From an uncultured Gemmatimonadales bacterium (GTDB taxonomy: Bacteria > Gemmatimonadota > Gemmatimonadetes > Gemmatimonadales > GWC2-71-9): 64,000 nucleotides of DNA. Below, one piece after another: positions 1 through 9,139 of this stretch; the stretch's first letter is position 1, and every line of letters begins with the position of its first letter. The translations under genes were made by a program, and so were the position numbers. The DNA is taken from NCBI GenBank assembly GCA_963779755.1, contig CAVZZO010000001.1:2016001-2080000 (forward strand), written 5' to 3'. Under the pieces are notes generated by a model, which was not told the origin of the DNA, did no database searches, and was given only the letters and a program-made list of their open reading frames with translations.

Positions 1-867
1 CGTCCCCAGCCAGGCGGTGACGGTATCCCCCGCGCCGGAGACGTCGAAGACCTCCCGGGCCAGGCTCGGGATGTGCGACACCGCGCGGTCCTTGGTGACC
101 AGGACCATGCCCTGGGCCCCCAGCGTCACCAGCAGGTTGTCCACGTTGAGACTGGTCAGCGCCTGGGGCAGCGCGTCGCGATGCTGCAGGTCCACCCGGG
201 CGCCCAGCGCCGATTCCAGTTCCCGCCGGTTGGGCTTGAAGACGGTGGCGCCGGCGTACTCGAAGAATTGCCGGAACTTGGGATCCACCACCACCGGCAC
301 GCCGCGGCGCAGCGCGGCGGTCATGGCCGCCTTGATGAGCGGCGGGGCCAGCACTCCCTTGTTGTAGTCCTCCAGCAGCAGCACGTCGGCGTCCTGGATG
401 GCTTCCATGACCATGCCGGTGAGGCGCTCCAGGTCGTTCCCCTCCAGGAGCAGGTCGACTTCCTCGTCGATCCGTACTACCTGCTGGCCCCGCGCCATGA
501 CCCGGGTCTTGCTGGTGGTGGGCCGCCCGGCCACGGTCATGATGCCCCGGTCGTCCAGCTGCGCCGCCGCCAGGTCCTGCCGGATACTGAGGCCGTTCTG
601 GTCGTCGCCCACCGTGCCGATGAGCTGGCAGCGCGCGCCGGTGGCGGCAACATTGGCGGCGACGTTGGCGGCGCCGCCCAGGGCGGTGCGCCGCTCGCTG
701 ATGGTGACCACCGGCACCGGCGCCTCGGGGGAGAGCCGTTCCGTATCGCCCACGAAATAGCGGTCGAGAATGATGTCGCCCACTACCACCACCCGGCAGG
801 CGCGGAGTTTGGCGATCACGTGCAGCAGCCGGTCGCGGGAGAGCGGCGGATACGGCGTCTGTCTCAC
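1..867 (-). CDS. rfaE1: D-glycero-beta-D-manno-heptose-7-phosphate kinase (HldE/RfaE domain I, PfkB family); 3' end outside window
   Basis: Not in the ORF track. Manual translation from GTG 867 (GTGA overlap with upstream stop): MRQTPYPPLSRDRLLHVIAKLRACRVVVVGDIILDRYFVGDTERLSPEAPVPVV...AREVFDVSGAGDTV, which contains HldE and PfkB motifs. Confidence 0.92.
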   Translation of the reverse strand, partial: MRQTPYPPLSRDRLLHVIAKLRACRVVVVGDIILDRYFVGDTERLSPEAPVPVVTISERRTALGGAANVAANVAATGARCQLIGTVGDDQNGLSIRQDLAAAQLDDRGIMTVAGRPTTSKTRVMARGQQVVRIDEEVDLLLEGNDLERLTGMVMEAIQDADVLLLEDYNKGVLAPPLIKAAMTAALRRGVPVVVDPKFRQFFEYAGATVFKPNRRELESALGARVDLQHRDALPQALTSLNVDNLLVTLGAQGMVLVTKDRAVSHIPSLAREVFDVSGAGDTVTAWLGT

Positions 868-2381
868 GGCAGGGCTCCCTCGCTGGTAAAGCCGACGGTC
901 ACGAGCAGGCGGGCTTCCAGCCGGTCGCGCGTGCGGCCGGCCACATGGTCGGCGTTGACGATGTGATGATAGCCGCCATCGGCCGAGAGCTCCACCGGCC
1001 CCACCGCCCCCTGCAGCCCCAGTCCCGCGCGCCAGGTCCGCTCTACCGTGCCGATGAACACCTCGGGGGTGCTGCCCAGCGCCGTGCTCCGGGCCGGCGG
1101 ATAGGGCGCATCGATCATGCCATGGCCCTGCCGCAGGAGGGTCAGATCCGGCAGCAGCAGCAGGCGGTGTTTGAGCGGTACGCTGAGCTGCAGGCGCAGC
1201 TCGTCGTTGTCGGCGAAATTGCGGCCGATGCCTACGCCGGCATCGGTGAAGTCCTGGTGCTGGGGATCAAACGTCCGGAACGCCAGGCTCGACGCCTGGG
1301 AGTACCACGCCCGCCATGCCAGGGCGCTTCCCAGCGGGCCCGAGGCCATGAGCGTGAAGGCGTACCGATCCGGGTTTCGCGTCGCGCTATTCCGTCCTTT
1401 GTAGGTGAAATCGTCCAAGGCGAGCTGGGCCGAGAGCCGGGTGCTGCCGAAGGCCGCCCATTGAAGGTCGAGCCCCAGCATGCTGTTGCTCTCCTGGCCC
1501 AGGCCGTAGGCGTTCTCCAGAAAGCTCAGGCTCAACGGGTTCAGCAGCCGCAATTCGGCCGATCGGTCCTTGCCCGCGAAGACGACCGTTTCCCAGGCGG
1601 CCAGGGAGAAGCGGGGGCTGAACCGCAGGCCCAGGCGGTGCGCGAAGAAATAGCGATGGTACAGGGCGCCGGTGCTGTCGGTTTCGTCGCGCAACTGCGA
1701 GGCCAGGGTGCTGAACCGGATCGCGCGCGTGGTCACTTCCACGCCGATGGCCGGGCGGCCATAGCTGTAGTTGCTGAGGGGGATTCCCGGCAACCCCACC
1801 GGACCCCAGTTCCGGTCCATCTGTCCATAGAACAGGTTGATCCAGCGGAACTGGGCGCTGATGTACGACTCCGCCTGCCGCCCGGATACCTGGATGTCCT
1901 TGCGGCCCGGCCAGTCGGGATCCACCACCAGCCGCGGCTGCAGCACCGGCCGGGTCATGAGGACGATATTGCCGACCACCGCGCCCAATCCTAATTCGGC
2001 ATAGGGCCGCACGCCGCTCGGCCCCGCCGGATGCAGCAGGTCGCGCCGGGCATGGGTGTAGGCCTCGTCGCCCACCCGCGGCGCCACCCGCCAGCGATTT
2101 CCCATCTTCTCGGCGTACCAGGCACGCAACTGGGTAGCCAGCACCCGGTCCGACGCCGAGGCCGACGGCCGCGGGTCCGCCAGTACCCGCAGCAGATCCT
2201 TCTGCCGGAAGGGACGAATCATGGGTGAGGGATCGGTGATCGCCCCCCGCAGAATCAGATGCTCCACCAGCGGGAGTCGCGGGTCGTCCAGCGGCACATA
2301 GGGAGAGGCCTGGGCCTGGGCGCGGGTCGCAACCGCAAGAAGCGCCAGCGCGGTGAGGCCGGCACGCAGAGATCGCAGCAT
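864..2381 (-). CDS. Outer-membrane protein, capsule assembly Wzi-like
   Basis: Signal peptide (AQAQA), YVPLDD start, MDRNWGP..G..LS segment, beta-strand-rich; next to an LPS heptose gene. Confidence 0.6.
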   Translation of the reverse strand: MLRSLRAGLTALALLAVATRAQAQASPYVPLDDPRLPLVEHLILRGAITDPSPMIRPFRQKDLLRVLADPRPSASASDRVLATQLRAWYAEKMGNRWRVAPRVGDEAYTHARRDLLHPAGPSGVRPYAELGLGAVVGNIVLMTRPVLQPRLVVDPDWPGRKDIQVSGRQAESYISAQFRWINLFYGQMDRNWGPVGLPGIPLSNYSYGRPAIGVEVTTRAIRFSTLASQLRDETDSTGALYHRYFFAHRLGLRFSPRFSLAAWETVVFAGKDRSAELRLLNPLSLSFLENAYGLGQESNSMLGLDLQWAAFGSTRLSAQLALDDFTYKGRNSATRNPDRYAFTLMASGPLGSALAWRAWYSQASSLAFRTFDPQHQDFTDAGVGIGRNFADNDELRLQLSVPLKHRLLLLPDLTLLRQGHGMIDAPYPPARSTALGSTPEVFIGTVERTWRAGLGLQGAVGPVELSADGGYHHIVNADHVAGRTRDRLEARLLVTVGFTSEGALP

Positions 2382-2390
2382 TCGCTAACC

Positions 2391-2446
2391 GGTCAGAGGT
2401 CGAAGGTCAAAGGTCAGGGTCGAAGGTCGAAGGTCGAAGGTCGAAG
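2391..2446. repeat. Degenerate heptamer array (GGTCGAA)n
   Basis: ggtcagaggtcgaaggtcaaaggtcagggtcgaaggtcgaaggtcgaaggtcgaag. Confidence 0.85.
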
Positions 2447-2453
2447 AGGCCTT

Positions 2454-2506
2454 CGGTATGCTCCTCAGGAGATTGCTTCGGCGGCTGGCGCCGCCTCGCA
2501 ATGACA
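2454..2506 (-). repeat. REP-like palindromic element (GTCATTGCGAGG...GAAGCAATCTCC type)
   Basis: Minus strand tgtcattgcgaggcggcgccagccgccgaagcaatctcctgaggagcataccg; near-identical copy at 15196-15248 (+). Confidence 0.8.
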
Positions 2507-2513
2507 GCGATTT

Positions 2514-2672
2514 TCCTGCCGTCCTGCCGTCCTGCCGTCCTGCCGTCCTGCCGTCCTGCCGTCCTGCCGTCCTGCCGTCCTGCCGTCCTGCCGTCCTGCC
2601 GTCCTGCCGTCCTGCCGTCCTGCCGTCCTGCCGTCCTGCCGTCCTGCCGTCCTGCCGTCCTGCCGTCCTGCC
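2514..2672. repeat. Perfect octamer tandem repeat (TCCTGCCG) x ~20
   Basis: Directly visible; same unit at 5502-5518 (opposite strand), 24231-24269 and 31283-31490. Confidence 0.97.
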
Positions 2673-2714
2673 TCATTCCTCATTGCTCATTCCTCATTCC
2701 TGATTCCTGATTCC
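2671..2714. repeat. Heptamer array (CCTCATT/CCTGATT)n overlapping the CDF stop codon
   Basis: cctcattcctcattgctcattcctcattcctgattcctgattcc; encodes the CDF C-terminus GIRNQE*. Confidence 0.85.
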
Positions 2715-3620
2715 TTTCCGCTCCCGTTCCAGCCGCTGATCATCCCACGAGACCGGATCTTCGATCGGTTCGAGATGGGTGAAGATGGTGCAGAACGACA
2801 CCCGTTCGCGGATCTCGGCCTCGATCTGCTCCAGCAGGTCGTGGCCCCGCTGGACCGACCAGTCGCCGGGAACCAGCACATGAAAGGAAACGAAGCGCCA
2901 GCGGCCGGCCCGGCGGGTGCGCAGCGCGTGGAACTGGACCCCTGCCTCCCGATGGGGCGCCAGGACCTCCAGGATCTGGTTGACCACCGGCTCGGGCAGC
3001 GCGGTATCCAGCAGCCCGAGTGCCGAGCGGCGGAGGAGGTCGATGCCGGTGCGCACGATGTTGGCGGCGACGATGAGCGCGACGATGGGATCGAGCGCGT
3101 TCCACCCGGTGGCCGCCGCGAGGCCCACGCCGCCGATCACCCCGACCGAGGTCCAGACGTCGGTCATCAGGTGGCGGGCGTCGGACTCGAGGGTGATGGA
3201 CTCGAAGCGCCGGCCGGCGCGCGCCAGCACCTGGGCCACCACCAGATTCACCAGCGACGCGATGCCCGAGACGGCGAGGCCCAGCACCGGGGCGTCGATG
3301 GGGCGCGGCGCCAGGAGGCGCTGGACCGAGGTGAAGGCGATGCTCCCCGCTGCCACCAGGATCAGCGCCCCCTCGAATCCGCTGGCGAAGTACTCCGCCT
3401 TGTTGTGGCCGTAGGCGTGGTCTTCGTCGGCCGGCCGGGCCGCCACCGTCAGGGCGATCAGCGCGATCACCGCCGCCAGGAGGTTCACCAGGCTCTCCAG
3501 TGCGTCGGAGAGAATGCCGACCGAGCCGGTGAGGAAATACGCCCCGCCCTTGAGCCCGATGGTGATCAGGGCCGCGAGGATGGAAACCAGGGCGTAGCGC
3601 CGCAGCGAGGGCAGGGACAG
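2694..3620 (-). CDS. Cation diffusion facilitator (CDF) family metal transporter
   Basis: SDALES, HAYGHNKAEY, HLMTDVWTS, TIFTHLEP motifs and 6 TM helices. Start uncertain: the track ATG at 3722 overlaps the divergent gene; CTG at 3620 follows a GAGG. Confidence 0.9.
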   Translation of the reverse strand: MSLPSLRRYALVSILAALITIGLKGGAYFLTGSVGILSDALESLVNLLAAVIALIALTVAARPADEDHAYGHNKAEYFASGFEGALILVAAGSIAFTSVQRLLAPRPIDAPVLGLAVSGIASLVNLVVAQVLARAGRRFESITLESDARHLMTDVWTSVGVIGGVGLAAATGWNALDPIVALIVAANIVRTGIDLLRRSALGLLDTALPEPVVNQILEVLAPHREAGVQFHALRTRRAGRWRFVSFHVLVPGDWSVQRGHDLLEQIEAEIRERVSFCTIFTHLEPIEDPVSWDDQRLERERKGIRNQE

Positions 3621-3720
3621 CCGATGCCTCGATGGTGGGGTCGGGCCGAAATGTGGAGCCCGGCGGCCTCCGCCACAAGCAGCCGCTGGCAAAGCGGGAG
3701 CGCCTCTGTACCTTTCCCCC

Positions 3721-4725
3721 ATGTCCGACCTGCGTATTGAAGTCTGCCGAGGGGAGCTGGTCGAATCGGTTCATACCGTGCATGCCGCGGTGGTGGACGC
3801 CGGCGGAAGGCTCCTGGCTCGCTCCGGTGATCCCGATCTGGTGACCTTCTGGCGCTCCGCCGCCAAGCCCTTTCAGGCCATGCCGCTGGTGTTGGACGGC
3901 GCCGCCGATCATTTCGCGCTGAGCGAGGCGGAGCTGGCGCTCTGCTGTGCGTCTCACTCCAGCGAACCCATCCACCTGGAAACGGCCGCCGGCATTCTCC
4001 GCAAGCTGGGCTTGCGGGAAGACGCCCTGGCCTGCGGCCCGCATCCCCTCTCTCCCGGCCGCACCGAGCAGGTGCTGCGCGAGCACCTGAATCCCACCCC
4101 GCTCTGGAGCAACTGTTCCGGTAAGCACTCGGGGATGCTGGCGCTGGCCCGGTTCCACGGGTGGCCCATCGAGGGTTATAACCAGGCGGGCCACCCGGTG
4201 CAGGAGCGGATCCTGGAGGAGCTGACCCGCTGGACCGGGCTCTCCCGGCCGGAGATCGCCCTCGCGGTGGACGGCTGCAACACCGTCTGCTATGCGCTGC
4301 CTGTCGCGGCTATGGCGCTGGCCTACGCCCGGTTCGGGTCGTCGCCCGAACCCGGCGCGACCCGCCTGCGGCAGGCCATGATGGGTCACCCATTGCTGGT
4401 GGCCGGCACCGGACAGCCCTGCACCCGGATGATGGAAGCATGGGGCGGGCGCCTGGTGGCCAAGATCGGCGCCGAGGGTGTCTACTGTGCCGCGTTGCCG
4501 CAGGCGGGGCTGGGCATCGCCCTCAAGATCGAGGACGGCGACAGCCGCAGCGCGGTCCCTGCCCTCCTGAGTCTGTTACAGCGCCTGCGCGAGCGCGGAC
4601 TCGCGGGCGAGGTACCCGCCGGGGTCTTCGATCCGCTGCTGGATCTGCTGGACCAACCGCTGCTCAATACCCGCGGGGTGGTTGTGGGCGTTCTGCGCCC
4701 TGCCGGCGCCCCCGTGTTTATTTGA
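3721..4725 (+). CDS. L-asparaginase II (Rhizobium AnsA-type, class 3)
   Basis: RSAAKPFQA, CASHSSE, NCSGKHSG, DGC and KIGAEG motifs. Confidence 0.9.
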   Translation: MSDLRIEVCRGELVESVHTVHAAVVDAGGRLLARSGDPDLVTFWRSAAKPFQAMPLVLDGAADHFALSEAELALCCASHSSEPIHLETAAGILRKLGLREDALACGPHPLSPGRTEQVLREHLNPTPLWSNCSGKHSGMLALARFHGWPIEGYNQAGHPVQERILEELTRWTGLSRPEIALAVDGCNTVCYALPVAAMALAYARFGSSPEPGATRLRQAMMGHPLLVAGTGQPCTRMMEAWGGRLVAKIGAEGVYCAALPQAGLGIALKIEDGDSRSAVPALLSLLQRLRERGLAGEVPAGVFDPLLDLLDQPLLNTRGVVVGVLRPAGAPVFI

Positions 4726-4777
4726 CCAGCGCGGCGTTCGTTCGGTCCCCGGTTTTCCTCGTGGAGGTGCGAGACTG

Positions 4778-5419
4778 ATGCCGAAGCAGGACCAGCTGGA
4801 CCGGCCAACCCTGGCGCTCGTGCGGCTGGCTCCCGCAGTGGCGCTGGGCTACGAGCTCGATATCCGCGACCGGATCGAGGAGGCCCGGGAGAACCAGGTG
4901 CCGACCCCCTGGGTGGAGGAGCTGTTGCTGCAGACCGTGCTGATGGCCGGCTACCCCCGGGCGCTGGTCGCGTTCACGCTGTGGCGCAGCCTCACCGGGG
5001 TGCCGGCCCCCGAGGCCGATCCCGATGCGGACTACGGCCAGGTGGAGGAGTGGACCCGCCGGGGAGAGGCCACCTGCGCCGCCGTCTACGGTGAGAACTA
5101 CCGCCGGCTGCGGGCCAGCGTGCAGGCGCTGCATCCGGCGCTGGACAGCTGGATGATCACCGGCGGCTATGGGCGAACGCTGTCACGTCCTGGCCTGGAC
5201 CTGCTGCGCCGCGAGCTGTGTACCGTGGCTCAGACGGCGGTGCTCGAAGCGCCGCGGCAGCTGCATTCGCACCTGCGGGGCTCGCTCAATGCCGGCGCCA
5301 GCTTCGCCCAGATCGACGCCGTGCTCTCGGTGGTGAACCCGATGCTGTCGCTGGATCAATGGAAACGGGTGAAGGAACTGTGGCACACGGTCAAGGAAGG
5401 CTGGGGTGAAGAAAGTTGA
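4778..5419 (+). CDS. Carboxymuconolactone decarboxylase/AhpD-like family protein
   Basis: GYPRA, YGRTLSRPGLD..RELCTVA, QLHSHLRGSLNAG; ATG 4778 after GGAGG. Confidence 0.8.
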   Translation: MPKQDQLDRPTLALVRLAPAVALGYELDIRDRIEEARENQVPTPWVEELLLQTVLMAGYPRALVAFTLWRSLTGVPAPEADPDADYGQVEEWTRRGEATCAAVYGENYRRLRASVQALHPALDSWMITGGYGRTLSRPGLDLLRRELCTVAQTAVLEAPRQLHSHLRGSLNAGASFAQIDAVLSVVNPMLSLDQWKRVKELWHTVKEGWGEES

Positions 5420-5428
5420 AAGAGAAAT

Positions 5429-5672
5429 GGACTGAGGACTGAGGACAGGACGGCCCTGAAGGACTTCCTCGCGGCTTTCTATTGGGGAGGCCGCTCGGTC
5501 GCAGGACGGCAGGACGGCAAAAGGAGAGCAGTGTCACCCTGAGCGCAGCGAAGGGGCCCGAAGCGCTGGCTTCCTCCCAATGCCAGTGCCCGGCCCCCGG
5601 CCCCCGGCCCCCGGTCCCTGGTCCCTGATTCCTGATTCCTGATTCCTGATCTTTCCTGATTCCTGATTCCTT
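5429..5672. repeat. Composite intergenic repeat: (GGACTGA)n, 62-bp-type element, (CAGGACGG)2, GTCACCCTGAG half-palindrome, (CCCCCGG)n/(TCCTGAT)n
   Basis: Directly visible; components recur at 15652-15860 and 31253-31607. Confidence 0.85.
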
Positions 5673-5693
5673 CCTTCACTCCCGACCCCTCTC

Positions 5694-6737
5694 ATGCTTA
5701 TCGACCGCGCCGTCATTCACGTCACTGCCGGAACCGGCGGCAGCGGTGCCTGTTCTTTTGCCCGCTTCAAGTACAAGCCCAAGGGCGGCCCCGACGGTGG
5801 GGACGGGGGGCGGGGTGGCAGTATTTACGTTCGGGGCGACGCCAATCTGAGCACGCTGCTCGACTACCGCTACCGCACCGCCTGGAAGGCGGAGCGGGGG
5901 GAGCACGGCAAGGGGAAAACCAAGACCGGCGCCTCGGCCGACGATCTCTACCTGCCGGTGCCGCCCGGCACGGTACTCCGCGACCTCCAGACCGGTGAAG
6001 ACCTGGGCGAAATCCTGCGTGCGGGAGAGACCCTGCTGGTCGCCCGGGGTGGCCGGGGCGGCCGCGGCAACGCCCGCTTCGCCACCGCCACCCACCAGGC
6101 GCCGCGGGAGTGGGAGCCGGGAGAAGAGGGGCAGGAGCGCGAGCTGGAGCTGGTGCTCAAGCTCATCGCCGATGTGGGCCTGGTGGGCGAGCCCAACGCC
6201 GGAAAGAGCACACTGCTCTCGGTGGTGTCCGCCGCCCGGCCCAGGATCGCCGATTATCCATTCACTACCCTGGAGCCGAACCTCGGCGTGGTGCAGCTGG
6301 CCGATCATCGCTCCTTTGTCATCGCCGATATCCCCGGCATCATCGAGGGCGCGCACCAGGGCCGGGGGCTCGGCCTCCAGTTCCTCCAGCACGTCGAGCG
6401 CACCCGGGTCCTTGCCTTTCTGGTGGGGCTCGACAGCGAGGACGCCCAGCGCGCCCTCGACCGCCTGCGGCATGAGGTGGCGAGCTACAGTCCCGAACTG
6501 GCCACCAAGCCCTGGGTTGTGGTGCTCACGAAACGTGATCTGCTCCAGGCCGACGCCGGCCTGCCGCCGCTGGAGGCCCCGGGCGCGGCGGCCGTCACTG
6601 CCATTTCCAGCGTGTCGGGCAGCGGACTGGACGAACTGAAAGACTTGCTCTGGGGCATCGTCCGCGAGGCGCGGACGCAGGAAATGCCAGATGCCCAATT
6701 GGAAGAGGACCTCCCTGCTCCAGGGGAGTCGTCGTGA
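5694..6737 (+). CDS. obgE: GTPase ObgE/CgtA
   Basis: Gly-rich Obg fold (GGPDGGDGGRGG), GEPNAGKS, YPFTTL, DIPG, TKRD. Confidence 0.97.
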   Translation: MLIDRAVIHVTAGTGGSGACSFARFKYKPKGGPDGGDGGRGGSIYVRGDANLSTLLDYRYRTAWKAERGEHGKGKTKTGASADDLYLPVPPGTVLRDLQTGEDLGEILRAGETLLVARGGRGGRGNARFATATHQAPREWEPGEEGQERELELVLKLIADVGLVGEPNAGKSTLLSVVSAARPRIADYPFTTLEPNLGVVQLADHRSFVIADIPGIIEGAHQGRGLGLQFLQHVERTRVLAFLVGLDSEDAQRALDRLRHEVASYSPELATKPWVVVLTKRDLLQADAGLPPLEAPGAAAVTAISSVSGSGLDELKDLLWGIVREARTQEMPDAQLEEDLPAPGESS

Positions 6738-7828
6738 CGCGTGACCGCGCCGCCTATGTGACGCTCGCTCTGACGCCGGGCATCGGCCGGGGACGACTCG
6801 CCCTCCTGCTCGACGCCTGTGGAAGTGCCGAAGGCGCCCTCGCGGCGCCTTCCGCGCTTTTACGTGCCTTGCCGGGGTTCTCCAGCGCCGCCGTCACCAC
6901 CATCAAGGCGGCCGATCCCGCCGTGGGGCAGGCGCTGCTGGACCAGGCGGCGGCCCTTGGGGCCATCTGCCTGCTGCCGCAGGACGAGAGCTTTCCTCGG
7001 GCGTTGCGCGAGATCCCCGACCCACCAGCCCTGGTGTTCGTTCAAGGGAATCCCGCACTGCTGCACCAGGAGGCGGTCGCGGTAGTCGGCAGCCGCGATC
7101 ACACCCACTACGGCGCCGAGGCGGCCCGGCTCGTGGCCGGCTCGGCGGCGCGCCAGGGCCTGGTGGTGGTAAGCGGGATGGCCCGGGGTCTGGATGCGGT
7201 GGCTCATCTCGCCACGCTCGACGCGGGCGGCGGCACCATTGGTGTCCTGGGGAACGGCCTGGGCGTGATCTACCCGGCCGCCAATCGCCGCTTGTACGAG
7301 CGGGTAGCCGAGTGCGGCCTGCTCCTCACCGAGTTTCCACCGGGCGAGCGGCCGCAGGCTCACAGTTTTCCCCGGCGCAACCGGCTGATCAGCGCCCTTG
7401 CGAGGGTCACGGTGGTGGTGGAAGCGGCCGCCGGCAGCGGAGCGCTCATCACCGCCGATTGCGCGCTGGAGCAGGGAAGGGAGGTCATGGCGGTACCGGG
7501 GCCCGTCACCAGCCGGACCAGCGCCGGTGCCAACCGTCTCCTCCGGGATGGCGCCGGCCCCTGGCTGGAGCCGGCCGATCTCGCGGGTCACTATCCGGGC
7601 CTGGCCGCTCCTCCGCCGGGGCGGCCGGTGGAGGAGCGCCGTCCGCGCGCCGATCTTCCCGAGTCGCTGCTGAAGCTATATGCTCAGTTGGGTGGCGAGG
7701 CCCGGCACATCGATGACCTCGTTCGCCACGCCGCCCGCCCCATGGCCGAGACCCTGGCCGCGCTGAGCCAACTGGAACTGGAAGGCTTGGCGGTGCAGGA
7801 GCCGGGCTGGCGCTTCCGGCGTTCCTGA
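6734..7828 (+). CDS. dprA: DNA-processing protein DprA
   Basis: VAVVGSR, VSGMARGLDAVAH, FPRRNRLIS, SGALITA, C-terminal wHTH. Confidence 0.95.
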   Translation: MTRDRAAYVTLALTPGIGRGRLALLLDACGSAEGALAAPSALLRALPGFSSAAVTTIKAADPAVGQALLDQAAALGAICLLPQDESFPRALREIPDPPALVFVQGNPALLHQEAVAVVGSRDHTHYGAEAARLVAGSAARQGLVVVSGMARGLDAVAHLATLDAGGGTIGVLGNGLGVIYPAANRRLYERVAECGLLLTEFPPGERPQAHSFPRRNRLISALARVTVVVEAAAGSGALITADCALEQGREVMAVPGPVTSRTSAGANRLLRDGAGPWLEPADLAGHYPGLAAPPPGRPVEERRPRADLPESLLKLYAQLGGEARHIDDLVRHAARPMAETLAALSQLELEGLAVQEPGWRFRRS

Positions 7829-7866
7829 GCACCGGTACGTCCACAGCCCTGGCGCCTCCATGGTTG

Positions 7867-8007
7867 ACTCACCGCCGAGTACGCAGAGCTACGCCGAGAA
7901 GGATCACTGGCGGAATTGTCTGCTGCCGGCAATGGTGTGACCATGTTTCGTCGGCTGAATGCGCCTCCACAAAGTCGTTCTCTGCGTACTCGGCGGGCTC
8001 GGTGAGT
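7867..8007. repeat. Imperfect inverted repeat (MITE/REP-like, CACCGC.GAG..CGCAGAG type)
   Basis: Left arm actcaccgccgagtacgcagag...gagaa; right arm ttctctgcgtactcggcg...ggtgagt. Related element at 43806-43891. Confidence 0.75.
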
Positions 8008-9087
8008 AAACGCCGCCCGGTCAGGTGGGCCGGCATCGGCCTCCTGGGGCTGTTACTGCTCGCCGGCCCGCTCGCCGCGCAGACCGTCCAGGGTATTCTC
8101 CGTACTGTGGCGGACAGCGCGCCGGCGCCGGGGGCCCTCGTCCTCCTGCTCGACTCCACCGGGGTGGAACAGGCCCGGACGGTGAGCTATGGCTCCGGCG
8201 GCTACTCCCTGAGCGCTGCAGCCGCCGGCAGCTACCATCTCCGGGTGCTGCGGATCGGATCGCTTCCTTTCGAATCGCCCTCCTTCGCCCTGGCTGCGGG
8301 GCAGGTGCTGGCCTATCCGGTCACTTTGCCGCGCTCGCCGGTGGTGCTCACGGAGATCGTCGTGGCCTCGCACTCCGACTGCCGGCTCTACCCCGACTCG
8401 GAGACCACAACCGGCGAGGTGTGGCGGGAGGTGCGGAAGGCGCTGGCCATTACGGTGGAGACCATGCGGCACGGGCCCTATCGATTCACCACCAGCATCC
8501 GGCGCCTGTATTTCGATCCGGATATGCGGCTCATCCGCGGGGACAGCGTTCCGGGGCCGCGGCTGGAGCAGTGGCCGGTGGTGAGCTGGTCGCCCGACAG
8601 CCTGGCGGAGCACGGCTATGTGCGGCGGGGCGACGTGGATATGATCTACTACGGAATCGACCCCGGGCTTCTCTTCTCCACCTCCTTCCTCGATCGCCAC
8701 TGTTTTCACCTGGTCCGCGAGAAACGCAACGACAGTCTCATCGGGCTGGCGTTCGAGCCGGTCAGGGGCATCTCGCGTCCCGATGTGAAAGGCACCCTCT
8801 GGCTCTCGAAGGACGATGCCGAGTTGCGCTATCTCGAGTTTTCCTACGTGAACCTGGAACGCTGGATCCCGCGCGAGAAGACGGGCGGCCGGCTCGATTT
8901 CATGCGGCTGGCCAACGGCGCCTGGCTGGTGCGGCAGTGGTGGATGCAGGCGCCGCGACGGCAGGACCGTCCCGGCATGCGCCGGCCGGCGGTGGCGGGA
9001 TGGACCGTCTGGGGAGGACGGGTGACACAGGTCCTGGATCGCGAGGGCCACCTGTTGCGGACCATCCCGCCGCTGTCGGGACGTTGA
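8002..9087 (+). CDS. Secreted protein with N-terminal carboxypeptidase-regulatory-like domain (paralogue 1)
   Basis: Signal peptide ending LAAQ, VQG..PGALVLLLD..G.Y.L..LRIG; start set at GTG 8002. Confidence 0.7.
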   Translation: MSKRRPVRWAGIGLLGLLLLAGPLAAQTVQGILRTVADSAPAPGALVLLLDSTGVEQARTVSYGSGGYSLSAAAAGSYHLRVLRIGSLPFESPSFALAAGQVLAYPVTLPRSPVVLTEIVVASHSDCRLYPDSETTTGEVWREVRKALAITVETMRHGPYRFTTSIRRLYFDPDMRLIRGDSVPGPRLEQWPVVSWSPDSLAEHGYVRRGDVDMIYYGIDPGLLFSTSFLDRHCFHLVREKRNDSLIGLAFEPVRGISRPDVKGTLWLSKDDAELRYLEFSYVNLERWIPREKTGGRLDFMRLANGAWLVRQWWMQAPRRQDRPGMRRPAVAGWTVWGGRVTQVLDREGHLLRTIPPLSGR

Positions 9088-9139
9088 GCGGAGTCGTGCC
9101 GGTTGCGGGCGCCGTTTCGTTGCCGGGGGACCTCCTCCC

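Noticed and set aside
2407..2710. ORFs encoding (GRQDGRTA)n or (PSCRPAVL)n, also at 31074-31687
   Set aside because: Translations of the stop-free octamer repeat, open in all frames; no RBS or other coding evidence.
6734..7828. dprA as part of a competence or defence island
   Set aside because: Single dprA coupled to obgE in a housekeeping context; no com, RM or defence genes nearby.
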